Source of the DNA: a virus
Lineage: Duplodnaviria > Caudoviricetes
Virus record (IMG/VR): IMGVR_UViG_3300043464_001162
Span: 1-64,000 of that record
Direction: 5' to 3' (one strand)
DNA: 64,000 bases
Of this stretch, positions 9,027-18,633 are shown one piece after another; position 1 is the first letter of the stretch; every line of letters starts with the position of its first letter. Position numbers and translations under genes: made by a program. The notes under the pieces were generated by a model that did not search any database, was not told the origin of the DNA, and worked only from the letters and a program-made list of their open reading frames with translations.

Positions 9027-9431
9027 ATGGCAACAGAATTTCAACTATTTGATGGTAAAAACTTATCATCACTATTCAAAGATATATACGAAAACCAACA
9101 AAACAAAAAGAAAAACATTTCAGATTTAATTGAATCATTGAGAAAATTAATTCGTAATGTTGGTGAAGCAACGGTTATTGCACCTATCATAAAAGACTTA
9201 ATTGAGGTATCGGTTAAAAATGATGACCACTTAATTAAACTTGCAACTATTGCACAAAGACTTGCAGCTGCAGAAGCTAAAGGTATTGGTGAGGATGGTT
9301 GGTTGAGTGAACAAGAAAAAGAACAATTACTTGCAGATATGGAAGATACTATCAATGCCGTTGAAGAAAAGGCAAAAGAAAGAATGGGTGATTTACAAAT
9401 AGAAATTGAAGAAATTAAAACTAAATTATAA
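9027..9431 (+). CDS. Hypothetical helical phage protein
   Basis: 134-aa ORF whose stop overlaps the next start; no diagnostic motif recognised. Confidence 0.7.
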   Translation: MATEFQLFDGKNLSSLFKDIYENQQNKKKNISDLIESLRKLIRNVGEATVIAPIIKDLIEVSVKNDDHLIKLATIAQRLAAAEAKGIGEDGWLSEQEKEQLLADMEDTINAVEEKAKERMGDLQIEIEEIKTKL

Positions 9432-10645
9432 TGATTGGTGAAACTTATTTGGCAACCGTATATAGAGTTTATACTGAATCGGATAAATCTATAAAAAACG
9501 ACTTAGAGAAAAAACTGGTACCGGTATACAATGAAAATAGTGATTTTACGGATACTGATGTTAGATTTTTGGGTGCAATAGAATATAGAAGAGAAAGTTT
9601 TATTAATAAAGAAGACTATGCATTTCCATTTGACAAAAATAATATAACATATCCACTAATAGGTGAAACGGTATTGATATTAAACATTGAAAATTCACAC
9701 TATTGGTTACCATACTCCGCAACACAATATCCAAATTTTAGAGAATCTTTATTAGTTTCGGAAGTGTCTAGAGAAAAGAATATATCTACTGGAAATTCAG
9801 AAAACAAAAATAGGAATTACACAGAAACCAAAACAGGTTCAACGGGTCAAACAGGTACTCCTAAAAAATCAGATGAGAAAAGTTATAAAGTAAATGAAAA
9901 GATTAAATTCTTAAAACCAAGAAGTGGAGATACCATTTTAAGTGGTAGAGTTGGTAATACAATTCGTTTTAGTGAATTCTTTTTAACGGAAGATGGTAAA
10001 ACATCATCACCTGGTATTTTTATAAGAAATAAACAAAACCCACAACTTGATAATTCAAAAATAGGAACACTAATAGACGAAGATATCAATGGAGATGGTA
10101 CATCCGTATATTTTACGTCTAATAAAATTAAAGTACCATTTAGAGAAAATATAAATAAAACCAAAATAGCTTTTAGAGAATATCCTAATTCGGAAAAACT
10201 AACAGGTAATCAACTATTTGTAAATTCCGATAGAATAGTATTATCTGCAAAGGCAAGTGAGTTTATTATATTTGGAAAAGGAAATACTGGAGTTATAACT
10301 GATGGCAGATATAGTATAGATTCTGCAAAAGAGATATATGCACATTCCGATAGTGACATCGTATTACATACCAATAAAAATATAGTATTAAATAGTGATG
10401 CATCCGGAGTTGTTTATATTGGTAAAGTTGGAAATCCAGGTGGTGCAGGTTCCGAAGTTCAAAGAATGGTATTATCAGGTGAATTGATTGATTTGATGGG
10501 TGAAATGTTGGATGCTATAAATAAAATGGTATTTGCAACAGGTGTCGGCCCAACGGGTGCAGGCCCCCATAATTCTGCAATATTCACATCAATTAAACAA
10601 AGATTATCTAAGATACAATCATCTAGAAACTTTTTAAGTAAGTAA
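9431..10645 (+). CDS. Baseplate hub/spike protein (gp5/VgrG-like)
   Basis: N-terminal YPLIGETV OB-fold-like motif, GDTILSGRVGNTIRF, beta-repeat region, C-terminal GPTG; lies upstream of gp25/gp6-like genes. Confidence 0.55.
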   Translation: MIGETYLATVYRVYTESDKSIKNDLEKKLVPVYNENSDFTDTDVRFLGAIEYRRESFINKEDYAFPFDKNNITYPLIGETVLILNIENSHYWLPYSATQYPNFRESLLVSEVSREKNISTGNSENKNRNYTETKTGSTGQTGTPKKSDEKSYKVNEKIKFLKPRSGDTILSGRVGNTIRFSEFFLTEDGKTSSPGIFIRNKQNPQLDNSKIGTLIDEDINGDGTSVYFTSNKIKVPFRENINKTKIAFREYPNSEKLTGNQLFVNSDRIVLSAKASEFIIFGKGNTGVITDGRYSIDSAKEIYAHSDSDIVLHTNKNIVLNSDASGVVYIGKVGNPGGAGSEVQRMVLSGELIDLMGEMLDAINKMVFATGVGPTGAGPHNSAIFTSIKQRLSKIQSSRNFLSK

Positions 10646-10646
10646 T

Positions 10647-12071
10647 ATGTGGGCAATTTTTAAATTGAATGTATTAACTGCAATGCTTACCGGCCAATTT
10701 AAAGCTGACCCGGATACATTTGCTGAATTTTATGCAAATGAATACGATAAGGCAATTAAAAGTGGTGGTGATTTATTATACGGTGTAAATGTTATCAATG
10801 GCAATGTTAAAGGTATGGCAGATGCTATAAAAATTGCATTAAAAAAAGGAACAGATAGTGTAGGTAGTAATTTTAATGTATTGGCCGAAATATATCCATC
10901 TGCATTTGATGCATATTGGTCAGGTGCAGAAATGTCACCATTACCAAACCCCTTAGTAAAACCTTTAGGATGGCCTTCAACACCACCTGCACCTGGAGCT
11001 ATTCAAAACATTGGACCAGACCCAATTACATTAGCTTCAACTACTGCAGCACATAAAGCGGAAGTAGAAGCATTGAAAATTTTAGAGGATGAATTAAAAA
11101 AACAAACAATTACTCTACCATCCGTTCCACCTCTACCACCGATTGCAATTCCGGTATATGAAACTGCACAAAAGATAATTAAGAAAGAAGAAGTTACACC
11201 GGATATTAAAAATAATCCAATAGTTAAGGGTGCGGTAGAAATAATAAAAAAATTAAAAGAAGCAAAAAAGAAAAAAGCAGCAATTGGAAAACAAATTAAA
11301 AAGTCATTAAAAATTGAATTTCCAAAACTACCAGATAGAAAGAAAATAATAGAAGAAAATAAAGAAAAATTGTTAGAAAAAGCTATTGAAGAAGTTAAAA
11401 AACAAATAATTCCTCCAATTGAAGATATCATACTACAACCAATATATCAATATGTTCAAGTGGTTGTAGCGTTATTAGATTCTATTCCAAAACCAAAACC
11501 AACACTTACAGAAATTAAAAAATTTGTAAAAGATACGGCAAATGGATTAGTGCCTGATATTGATATCCCAATCGACATACCCAATATTCCAACAAAAGAA
11601 GAATTAAAAAAACAAGTTGATGCAAAAACACCAACGGAAGAAGAAATAAGAGCATTGGCTGAAGATAAAATAAAAGGGTTAATACCAGACCCGCCTTTTA
11701 TCAGTTTTACACCACCGAGTTTTGTATTTAGTACAAAAACAAATGTGTTACTTGACCCGTTTTTATCATTGGCACAATTACACTTATTAAATGTCGGTGG
11801 AAATATGGTAGTTACGGCACAATATCCCGGAGCACCTCCAGCACCTGCTATTTTAAATTATACGGGATATCAAGTTAAAACGGGCCCACCCGTTCCTGAT
11901 TTCCCATCTACGGTTGAGTTCCCTCAAGTTGATTTGGGTAGTTTAGAATTACCACAATTTCCTGAGTTACCACAATTACCAAATATAAGTGTTACCGATT
12001 TGGCATCATTATTAACAATATCTTTGCCAAACATAGACATTAAAACACCAACCATACCGAATGTTGGATAA
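10647..12071 (+). CDS. Proline-rich putative structural protein
   Basis: 474 aa with many PP/LP/IP motifs and a central Lys-rich helix; lies in the baseplate module. Confidence 0.65.
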   Translation: MWAIFKLNVLTAMLTGQFKADPDTFAEFYANEYDKAIKSGGDLLYGVNVINGNVKGMADAIKIALKKGTDSVGSNFNVLAEIYPSAFDAYWSGAEMSPLPNPLVKPLGWPSTPPAPGAIQNIGPDPITLASTTAAHKAEVEALKILEDELKKQTITLPSVPPLPPIAIPVYETAQKIIKKEEVTPDIKNNPIVKGAVEIIKKLKEAKKKKAAIGKQIKKSLKIEFPKLPDRKKIIEENKEKLLEKAIEEVKKQIIPPIEDIILQPIYQYVQVVVALLDSIPKPKPTLTEIKKFVKDTANGLVPDIDIPIDIPNIPTKEELKKQVDAKTPTEEEIRALAEDKIKGLIPDPPFISFTPPSFVFSTKTNVLLDPFLSLAQLHLLNVGGNMVVTAQYPGAPPAPAILNYTGYQVKTGPPVPDFPSTVEFPQVDLGSLELPQFPELPQLPNISVTDLASLLTISLPNIDIKTPTIPNVG

Positions 12072-12084
12072 ATTATTAAATCAA

Positions 12085-12094
12085 ATATTTATTA
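12085..12094 (+). promoter_or_regulatory. Putative late promoter ATATTTATTA
   Basis: Intergenic copy of the recurring motif. Confidence 0.5.
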
Positions 12095-12118
12095 CTAAAA
12101 CATATATAAACAATTATT

Positions 12119-12613
12119 ATGAAATCAGAAATTTTACTAACTTTAATTAAAGAAGTTGTTAAAAACGAAGTTAAGTTACAAGTAAAAGAAGAACTTGTTA
12201 AACTTATCAAATCTGGTGCAGTTACTTTAAACTCACAAACAAAATCAACTCCATCATTGAAGGAGATGACGGAAGTTACTCCTGCACCGGTTAAAAAACA
12301 ACAACCGGTTCAACAAACACAAAGACCACAAAAAGAATTTTCAAAAGACCCGATGATAAATGAGATTTTGAATATGACACAACCATTTACTGCAGAACAA
12401 AGAAAAGAAGGTGCACAGGCCGTAGGTAGTGTATTGGATATGATTAAACCAGAAATGAGAGTGGACGAAAGTGAGTGGGAAACAATGGATTATAGAGATG
12501 TGAATGTACCATCGAATGTTCCAAATTTTGAATCAACCGGAGATGGTTTACAAGATGCTACAATAAAAGCATTAACGAGAGATTATTCGGAATTAGTAAA
12601 GAGATTTAAATAA
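12119..12613 (+). CDS. Hypothetical protein (virion module)
   Basis: LIKEVVKNEVK N-terminus and ALTRDYSELVK C-terminus; coupled to the gp25-like gene. Confidence 0.7.
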   Translation: MKSEILLTLIKEVVKNEVKLQVKEELVKLIKSGAVTLNSQTKSTPSLKEMTEVTPAPVKKQQPVQQTQRPQKEFSKDPMINEILNMTQPFTAEQRKEGAQAVGSVLDMIKPEMRVDESEWETMDYRDVNVPSNVPNFESTGDGLQDATIKALTRDYSELVKRFK

Positions 12614-13050
12614 TGGCAATAGAGTTAGGTAGAATTAACGTAAATGACTTAAAAGAAAATGATTATAAATCATTGGGGATTGGTTTCGGTAGGAAATCTA
12701 ATTCTGGTGGTATATTTGCAGTTAATTACACTACTCTAACACAGGCAAAAGATAATTTAGTAAATTTAATATTAACTAAAAAGGGTGAAAGAGAAATGCA
12801 ACCTGAATTTGGATGTGATATTCATAATTTAATCTTTGAACAAATTGTTGAAAACTCTATTGCAGTTGATATTGAAAATTCCATATTAGATGCAGTAAAT
12901 ATTTGGTTACCTTATATAAATGTAGATAATATAATATTTGATTATAATGATAATGATATAGATACAAATAGAATTACTTTAGAAGTAAAATTTTCATTAA
13001 AGTCAAATCCATCATTAACCGAAACACTAAATGTTAGTATAAATAATTGA
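12613..13050 (+). CDS. Baseplate wedge protein, gp25/GPW family
   Basis: NLILTKKGEREMQPEFGCDI...WLPYI signature. Confidence 0.88.
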   Translation: MAIELGRINVNDLKENDYKSLGIGFGRKSNSGGIFAVNYTTLTQAKDNLVNLILTKKGEREMQPEFGCDIHNLIFEQIVENSIAVDIENSILDAVNIWLPYINVDNIIFDYNDNDIDTNRITLEVKFSLKSNPSLTETLNVSINN

Positions 13051-13053
13051 TAA

Positions 13054-15066
13054 ATGGCTATTAAACCTGTTAAAAAAAGTTGGGGGAGTGAAAAAAATAT
13101 AAATTATTTAGGTAAAGATTTTAATACTTTAAAACAAAACCTAATTGATTATACTAAAACATATTTTCCAAGTACATATTCTGATTTCAATGAATCGTCA
13201 CCTGGTATGGTGTTTTTGGAACAAGCTGCTGTTATAGGAGATATTTTATCTTTCTATCAAGATGTTCAATTAAAAGAATCAATGTTGGCAAATGCAACGG
13301 AAAGAAAAAATGTTGTTGCATTGGCACAAACAATGGGATATAAACCAAAAACATCCTCTCCTGCAGTTACAACATTAACGGTGTATCAATTGATTCCATC
13401 CAAAAACTCAGGTTCAAGTGTTGTCCCGGATGAAAGTTATTGTTTAAGAATAAAAGATGGAATGGAAGTTGCATCTACTACAAATTCGAGTATAGTATTT
13501 AGAACGGTAGATTCTTTGGATTTTTCAAATACAACTGACAGAGAAATTGATGTTCATGAAAGAGACACAACAGGTAATCCGACTTTTTACTTATTAACAA
13601 AAAGAATTAAAGCAATATCTGCACAAGAAGTAACCACTACTAAGACTTTTGGTGACTCAACCGATTATCCTACAACTACACTAAGTGATACGAATATAAT
13701 TGGTATAACATCAGTTGCGGACCAGGATAATTTAAAATACTATGAAGTTCCTTATTTGGCACAAGAAAGTATATTTGTTGAAAAACCAAATACAGAATCA
13801 AATAGTGAATTATATCAATCATCATCGGTTGTACCTTACATTTTGGAAGTACAAAAAGTACCTCGTAGATTTTCGGTTAAGGTAAATTCAGACAATACCT
13901 TAGATTTAGAATTTGGAAGTGGTGATACTACATTAAGTGATGAAATATTACTACCTAATCCAAAAAATGTAGGATTGGGATTGGCTAATTCAATACAAAG
14001 ATTAAATCAAGGTATAGACCCATCGAATTTTTTAAAAACAAATACATTTGGAATTGCACCTGTAAATAAAACATTGACTATAAAATACTTAGTTGGTGGT
14101 GGTGTAGAATCTAATGTAAATACGGGTGACTTAACTAGTATTTCTAGAATAGAATATGATGAAGATTTATTAGCAGTTGATAATGAAGTTTTATATAACT
14201 CAATGAAACAATCCGTTGCAGTTGAAAACTTAGAACCTGCAGCAGGTGGTAGAGGTGTGGAAACAATAGAGGAAATTAGACAAAATGCATTAGCAACTTT
14301 TGGTTCTCAAAATAGAGCAGTTACTAAAGAGGATTACATAGTAAGAGCTTTATCGATGCCAGAAAGATATGGTAGTGTAACTAAGGCATATGTTAGTGCA
14401 GACGGAGAGATAGATAATAATTCACCTTCGTCAATTTTGGCAAACCCTAAAAACATATCTGAGTTTGTAAATTTGGTAGATAGTCTTAAAAATAGTAATA
14501 AAGAAAATATTCAAAAAGAATTAGTTAAGTATCTTACTCAAAAGAAATCTAATCTAAGTGAAGTTAATAACCCATTTGCAATAAACTTATATATTTTAGG
14601 ATACGATTCAAATAAAAAATTGACAAACCTAAATAGAGCTGTTAAGGAGAATTTAAAAACTTATATTTCCGAATATAGAATGTTAACCGATGGTGTTAAT
14701 ATCATAGATGGTTTTATTATAAACATAGGTGTAGATTTTGAGATAATTTGTTATTCAAACTACAATAAAAGAGAAGTTGTAACAAATTGTTTAACCGAAT
14801 TACAAGAGTATTTTAATATAGATAATTGGACATTTAATAAACCAATCAATATTTCAGAAATAGAATTGATTCTTGCAAATGTAGACGGAGTAATGAGTGT
14901 ACCATCGGTAAAGCTTTCAAATTTATGTGGTGGAGATGGTAATTATTCACCAAATAGATACAACATAGATGAGGCAACTAAAGGTAAGATAGTTTATCCT
15001 TCGTTAGACCCATCAATATTCGAAATAAAATATCCAAACAAAGACATAAAAGGGAGGGCTTTATAA
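13054..15066 (+). CDS. Baseplate wedge subunit (T4 gp6/baseplate J-like)
   Basis: KDFNTLKQNL, DFNESSPG, LAQTMGYKP, FGSG, GGRGVETIEEIR and QNRAVTKEDY motifs. Confidence 0.85.
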   Translation: MAIKPVKKSWGSEKNINYLGKDFNTLKQNLIDYTKTYFPSTYSDFNESSPGMVFLEQAAVIGDILSFYQDVQLKESMLANATERKNVVALAQTMGYKPKTSSPAVTTLTVYQLIPSKNSGSSVVPDESYCLRIKDGMEVASTTNSSIVFRTVDSLDFSNTTDREIDVHERDTTGNPTFYLLTKRIKAISAQEVTTTKTFGDSTDYPTTTLSDTNIIGITSVADQDNLKYYEVPYLAQESIFVEKPNTESNSELYQSSSVVPYILEVQKVPRRFSVKVNSDNTLDLEFGSGDTTLSDEILLPNPKNVGLGLANSIQRLNQGIDPSNFLKTNTFGIAPVNKTLTIKYLVGGGVESNVNTGDLTSISRIEYDEDLLAVDNEVLYNSMKQSVAVENLEPAAGGRGVETIEEIRQNALATFGSQNRAVTKEDYIVRALSMPERYGSVTKAYVSADGEIDNNSPSSILANPKNISEFVNLVDSLKNSNKENIQKELVKYLTQKKSNLSEVNNPFAINLYILGYDSNKKLTNLNRAVKENLKTYISEYRMLTDGVNIIDGFIINIGVDFEIICYSNYNKREVVTNCLTELQEYFNIDNWTFNKPINISEIELILANVDGVMSVPSVKLSNLCGGDGNYSPNRYNIDEATKGKIVYPSLDPSIFEIKYPNKDIKGRAL

Positions 15067-16139
15067 TGCATAAATTTTACACATCATCATATGACGCTAG
15101 TATTTACTTACAACAACCTGACCAAAATACTGGTAGGGATGAAATATTGGAAGTAGGTAAACTTTATTATGGTTCATCTATGGATATCAATAGAACATTG
15201 ATTAAATTTGATGTTAATAATATTGAAACCGAAAATGGTTGGAAGGCTTTCTTAAATCTTAAGTCTGCAAATTCATCCGAAATACCATTGGAATATACAA
15301 TTTATGCAAATGCAGTTTCTCAAAGTTGGACAATGGGAACTGGTACTAAATTTGATAATATAACATCGGATGGTGTGAGTTGGTATTATAAAAATGGAAC
15401 CGATAAATGGATGGATTATAATGTAACTCCAGATTCATATGTAAGTGGCTCCGATACCGGTTCACTATCAAATGGTGGAGGTGGTACTTGGTATACTGCA
15501 TCTATGTCATCACAATCGTTTAGTAATGAACCCGATGATGTTAGAATGGATGTTACAAATATTGTAAAACTATGGTTGAGTGGGTCTTTACCTAATAATG
15601 GGTTTATAATACATCACCATACATCTGCATCAATCGACTCAAATGATTATGGAGTATTAAAATTCTTTTCAAAGGAAACCAATACAATATACGAACCTAA
15701 ATTAGAAATTGTATATGACGATTACTCATTCACAACTGGAAGTTTACAACCAGTAGTTGGTTCACTATATGATGGTGATTATAAAGTAATAGTTAATAAT
15801 TTAAAAAATCAATATTTTAAAAATACAAAAGTTAGAGTAAGAGTTAAAGGTAGAGAATCATATCCATCAAAGTCGTTTGGAACAACATTTTCATACGAAC
15901 AAATTAAAAGTTTACCTGCAGGTTCAACTTATTATCAATTGGAAGACTATATAACCGGTGAGATTATATTTCCATTTGGTGAATATACTAAAGTTAGTTG
16001 TGATTCAACATCTAATTATTTTGATATGGATTTAAATTCACTTTCGGCTGGTAGGGTATATAAATTGAAATTGAAAATAGAAGAAGATAATATATCAACT
16101 ATTATAGACGAAAAAATGGTTTTTGAAATAATTGAATAA
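15066..16139 (+). CDS. Structural protein with DNRLRE-like domain
   Basis: DASIY...N.G...LEVG...RTLIKFD...DVTNIV..W...NNGF...FFSKE...PKLEI pattern. Confidence 0.55.
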   Translation: MHKFYTSSYDASIYLQQPDQNTGRDEILEVGKLYYGSSMDINRTLIKFDVNNIETENGWKAFLNLKSANSSEIPLEYTIYANAVSQSWTMGTGTKFDNITSDGVSWYYKNGTDKWMDYNVTPDSYVSGSDTGSLSNGGGGTWYTASMSSQSFSNEPDDVRMDVTNIVKLWLSGSLPNNGFIIHHHTSASIDSNDYGVLKFFSKETNTIYEPKLEIVYDDYSFTTGSLQPVVGSLYDGDYKVIVNNLKNQYFKNTKVRVRVKGRESYPSKSFGTTFSYEQIKSLPAGSTYYQLEDYITGEIIFPFGEYTKVSCDSTSNYFDMDLNSLSAGRVYKLKLKIEEDNISTIIDEKMVFEIIE

Positions 16140-16144
16140 CTCAT

Positions 16145-17290
16145 ATGACTGGATTAGAAGCTATAAACGAAAAATTACAACAAATAAAATCAGAATCACT
16201 TGAAAAAATATTGAGTGTTTCCGGTTCCGCAGTTATTAGTAAAAATGAGTATGGAATAAATGTTGTCGATTCTAATAATATTGCATCATCTTTGGTATTT
16301 AAAGAATTAACAAAAGATAAATACGATGATGAGGAGTTAAAAAAGGCCGTTGATGTTACCGTTGTGGAATTACTTCCAAATATACCATCAACTAATTTAG
16401 ATTTAGTTCCTAGGCCTGTGTATAATGCCGAATTAACAACTTCGTTAAATTTGAGAACCCAAGTAATTAATTTAACAAATACAATTGGAACATTAAATGT
16501 AAGAATAACCGATTTAGAATCACAGGTTCAAATAGAAATAAATAATAGACTATCAATTGAACAAACTAACGATTTATTAGTTAATCAAATAGAAACTCTA
16601 AATGCAACGATTGAAGATTTCTCAAGTCAAATTTCAACATCACTACAAAAGTCAGTTGATGAGAGTATTTTGAGAGCATCATTACAATCACAAAAAACAG
16701 GATTTAAAGCACAGATTGAGGCATTGATTCAACAAATAAATTCATTAAATGCAATCATAGAAGGTTTACAATCTCAATTGGGTGCAGTAAGACAACAAAA
16801 AGACTTAGAACAAACTGCACAAAGTCAAGGTGGAACTATAATAAATAAAATAGTAAGTGCAAACTTCTCACCAAAGGGAGGTGCAAATGACCCAGTAATG
16901 TCTTATAAAATTGAAAATGCAAGAAAAGATAGAAGAGAATGGGTTAATGGTAGAATTTTAAGATTGGTCAATAATGATTTGGAACCTGTAACTGTTACTT
17001 TAACTGCATCATTTCCAAAAGCAAAAGTAAGTTCTATATTCAGTACGGTAGATGTGGCCCAAGCTTGGTTTAGTATACCTAAATCAACATTTACGATAAC
17101 AGCGGGCTCGTTTGAAGAAATAACCTTCATAGATACTCCGAACAAGTTGGCTATTGAGAAAAGGGATAAAACTATTTTTTACGATGGTGCACTTAACATA
17201 GCAGTAAAAAGAGCAGATGGTTTTTCTGACACCAAAACATTTAAAACTAAATTAAAGGTTGCACATCCTAAATCGTATGATGGTTTTTAA
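16145..17290 (+). CDS. Coiled-coil structural protein with C-terminal beta domain
   Basis: Long heptad region followed by a beta-rich (Ig-like) C-terminus; in the virion operon. Confidence 0.65.
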   Translation: MTGLEAINEKLQQIKSESLEKILSVSGSAVISKNEYGINVVDSNNIASSLVFKELTKDKYDDEELKKAVDVTVVELLPNIPSTNLDLVPRPVYNAELTTSLNLRTQVINLTNTIGTLNVRITDLESQVQIEINNRLSIEQTNDLLVNQIETLNATIEDFSSQISTSLQKSVDESILRASLQSQKTGFKAQIEALIQQINSLNAIIEGLQSQLGAVRQQKDLEQTAQSQGGTIINKIVSANFSPKGGANDPVMSYKIENARKDRREWVNGRILRLVNNDLEPVTVTLTASFPKAKVSSIFSTVDVAQAWFSIPKSTFTITAGSFEEITFIDTPNKLAIEKRDKTIFYDGALNIAVKRADGFSDTKTFKTKLKVAHPKSYDGF

Positions 17291-17303
17291 ATTTAAATAG
17301 ATT

Positions 17304-18608
17304 ATGAGTATTACAAAATATACAAATATAGATGATATAAATAATAAATCATCAAATGAGGGTAAATTTATCCAAGCGGATGATTTGTTTATAGTTTCAA
17401 AAAACGAAATTGAAAAAACCGATTTTGGAATGGGTAGATACGATGTAATGGAAGTTTCCGTATATGACATCAATAACAATTTATTACCACAAAAATCAGG
17501 AAATAATGTTGCGTATATAAAAAAAGGTGACATTCAAAATTATCTTTATAATATAACAAATAAAGTAGGTCAAAAAGAACTTGCAATCAATATTGAAAAA
17601 TTATTAAACGATATAGGATTTAAAAACGGCATTCTTAAAGTTAATATAAATTTTGTAAAACAAAAAGTAGGTAGTGAAAATGAACTAATGAAAGTTTGGA
17701 TACAGGAAGTTTCACCATCCAGAAATGAGATAAGAATTTTACCTTTGAAAACCAAAGACTCTAATATCAATGCAACAACTACTAGACAATTTAAGAATCT
17801 TAAAAGTTTAAATAAAGATTTTTTATATTATAAAACTTCTATATTAGATTCTTTAAATGCATATGAAAATTCTTTTTTAACTAAAATAGATTCGTATTTA
17901 GAAAGTAAGTTTGGTAAAGATTTTTTTGCAATTTTAAGAAAAGACTTTGGATTGAGTAAATTTGATACTTTTAGAACAAAAATATTTGAAGATTTTAAAT
18001 TATCCGTTGGATATTATTTAACTAACAAATATTATAATGTTGGTGAATCTAATTTTGGAAAACAATCTGAAACTAGATTTGATGATTTTGAAGTATATGA
18101 TTATGATGTAATGTTAAATGAAATACAAAAAATACTAAATAATTGCATTGACAATAATTCTAAAATATTAAAAAGAAGAAGTATTGAAACAAAACAATTA
18201 CCAAAAGAGTTTGCAATTACTGAGTTACAAAAACAAATACAAAATAATTTAGAATCTTTTTCAACGTTCACAGAAACTAAAGTAAATGTTTATTCACCGA
18301 CAGGAGAAGTTGCAGTATTTGATGATTCTAATTTAGGAATAACATACCCTGCAAAGGGAGTATTACTTTCAACATTGTGTAAAGGATATGACCAGTATGG
18401 AAAATATGCAGATGGTAGTGGTGGTTCATACGAATCATTAATTGCATCAAATTCTTCAAATTGTGGATATACACCCCCACCTCCTCCAGATGGTGGTAGT
18501 GGAGGTGGTGGAGGCAACTCTGGTGGTGGAGGAAATCCATTTAATGGCCCGGATGATGGGCCAGAGAGAAGAGACGGTGGATTGGGTAGAGTAGAAAATA
18601 TTAGATAA
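17304..18608 (+). CDS. Putative baseplate-associated protein with Cys/Pro/Gly-rich tail
   Basis: IQEVSPSRNEIRI motif; C-terminal C..YADGSGG..CGY-P5-G-rich tail. Confidence 0.65.
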   Translation: MSITKYTNIDDINNKSSNEGKFIQADDLFIVSKNEIEKTDFGMGRYDVMEVSVYDINNNLLPQKSGNNVAYIKKGDIQNYLYNITNKVGQKELAINIEKLLNDIGFKNGILKVNINFVKQKVGSENELMKVWIQEVSPSRNEIRILPLKTKDSNINATTTRQFKNLKSLNKDFLYYKTSILDSLNAYENSFLTKIDSYLESKFGKDFFAILRKDFGLSKFDTFRTKIFEDFKLSVGYYLTNKYYNVGESNFGKQSETRFDDFEVYDYDVMLNEIQKILNNCIDNNSKILKRRSIETKQLPKEFAITELQKQIQNNLESFSTFTETKVNVYSPTGEVAVFDDSNLGITYPAKGVLLSTLCKGYDQYGKYADGSGGSYESLIASNSSNCGYTPPPPPDGGSGGGGGNSGGGGNPFNGPDDGPERRDGGLGRVENIR

Positions 18609-18612
18609 TAAA

Positions 18613-18621
18613 ATATTTATA
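18613..18621 (+). promoter_or_regulatory. Putative late promoter ATATTTATA
   Basis: Intergenic, 12 nt before the ATG at 18634. Confidence 0.55.
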
Positions 18622-18633
18622 AAAAAACAATAA

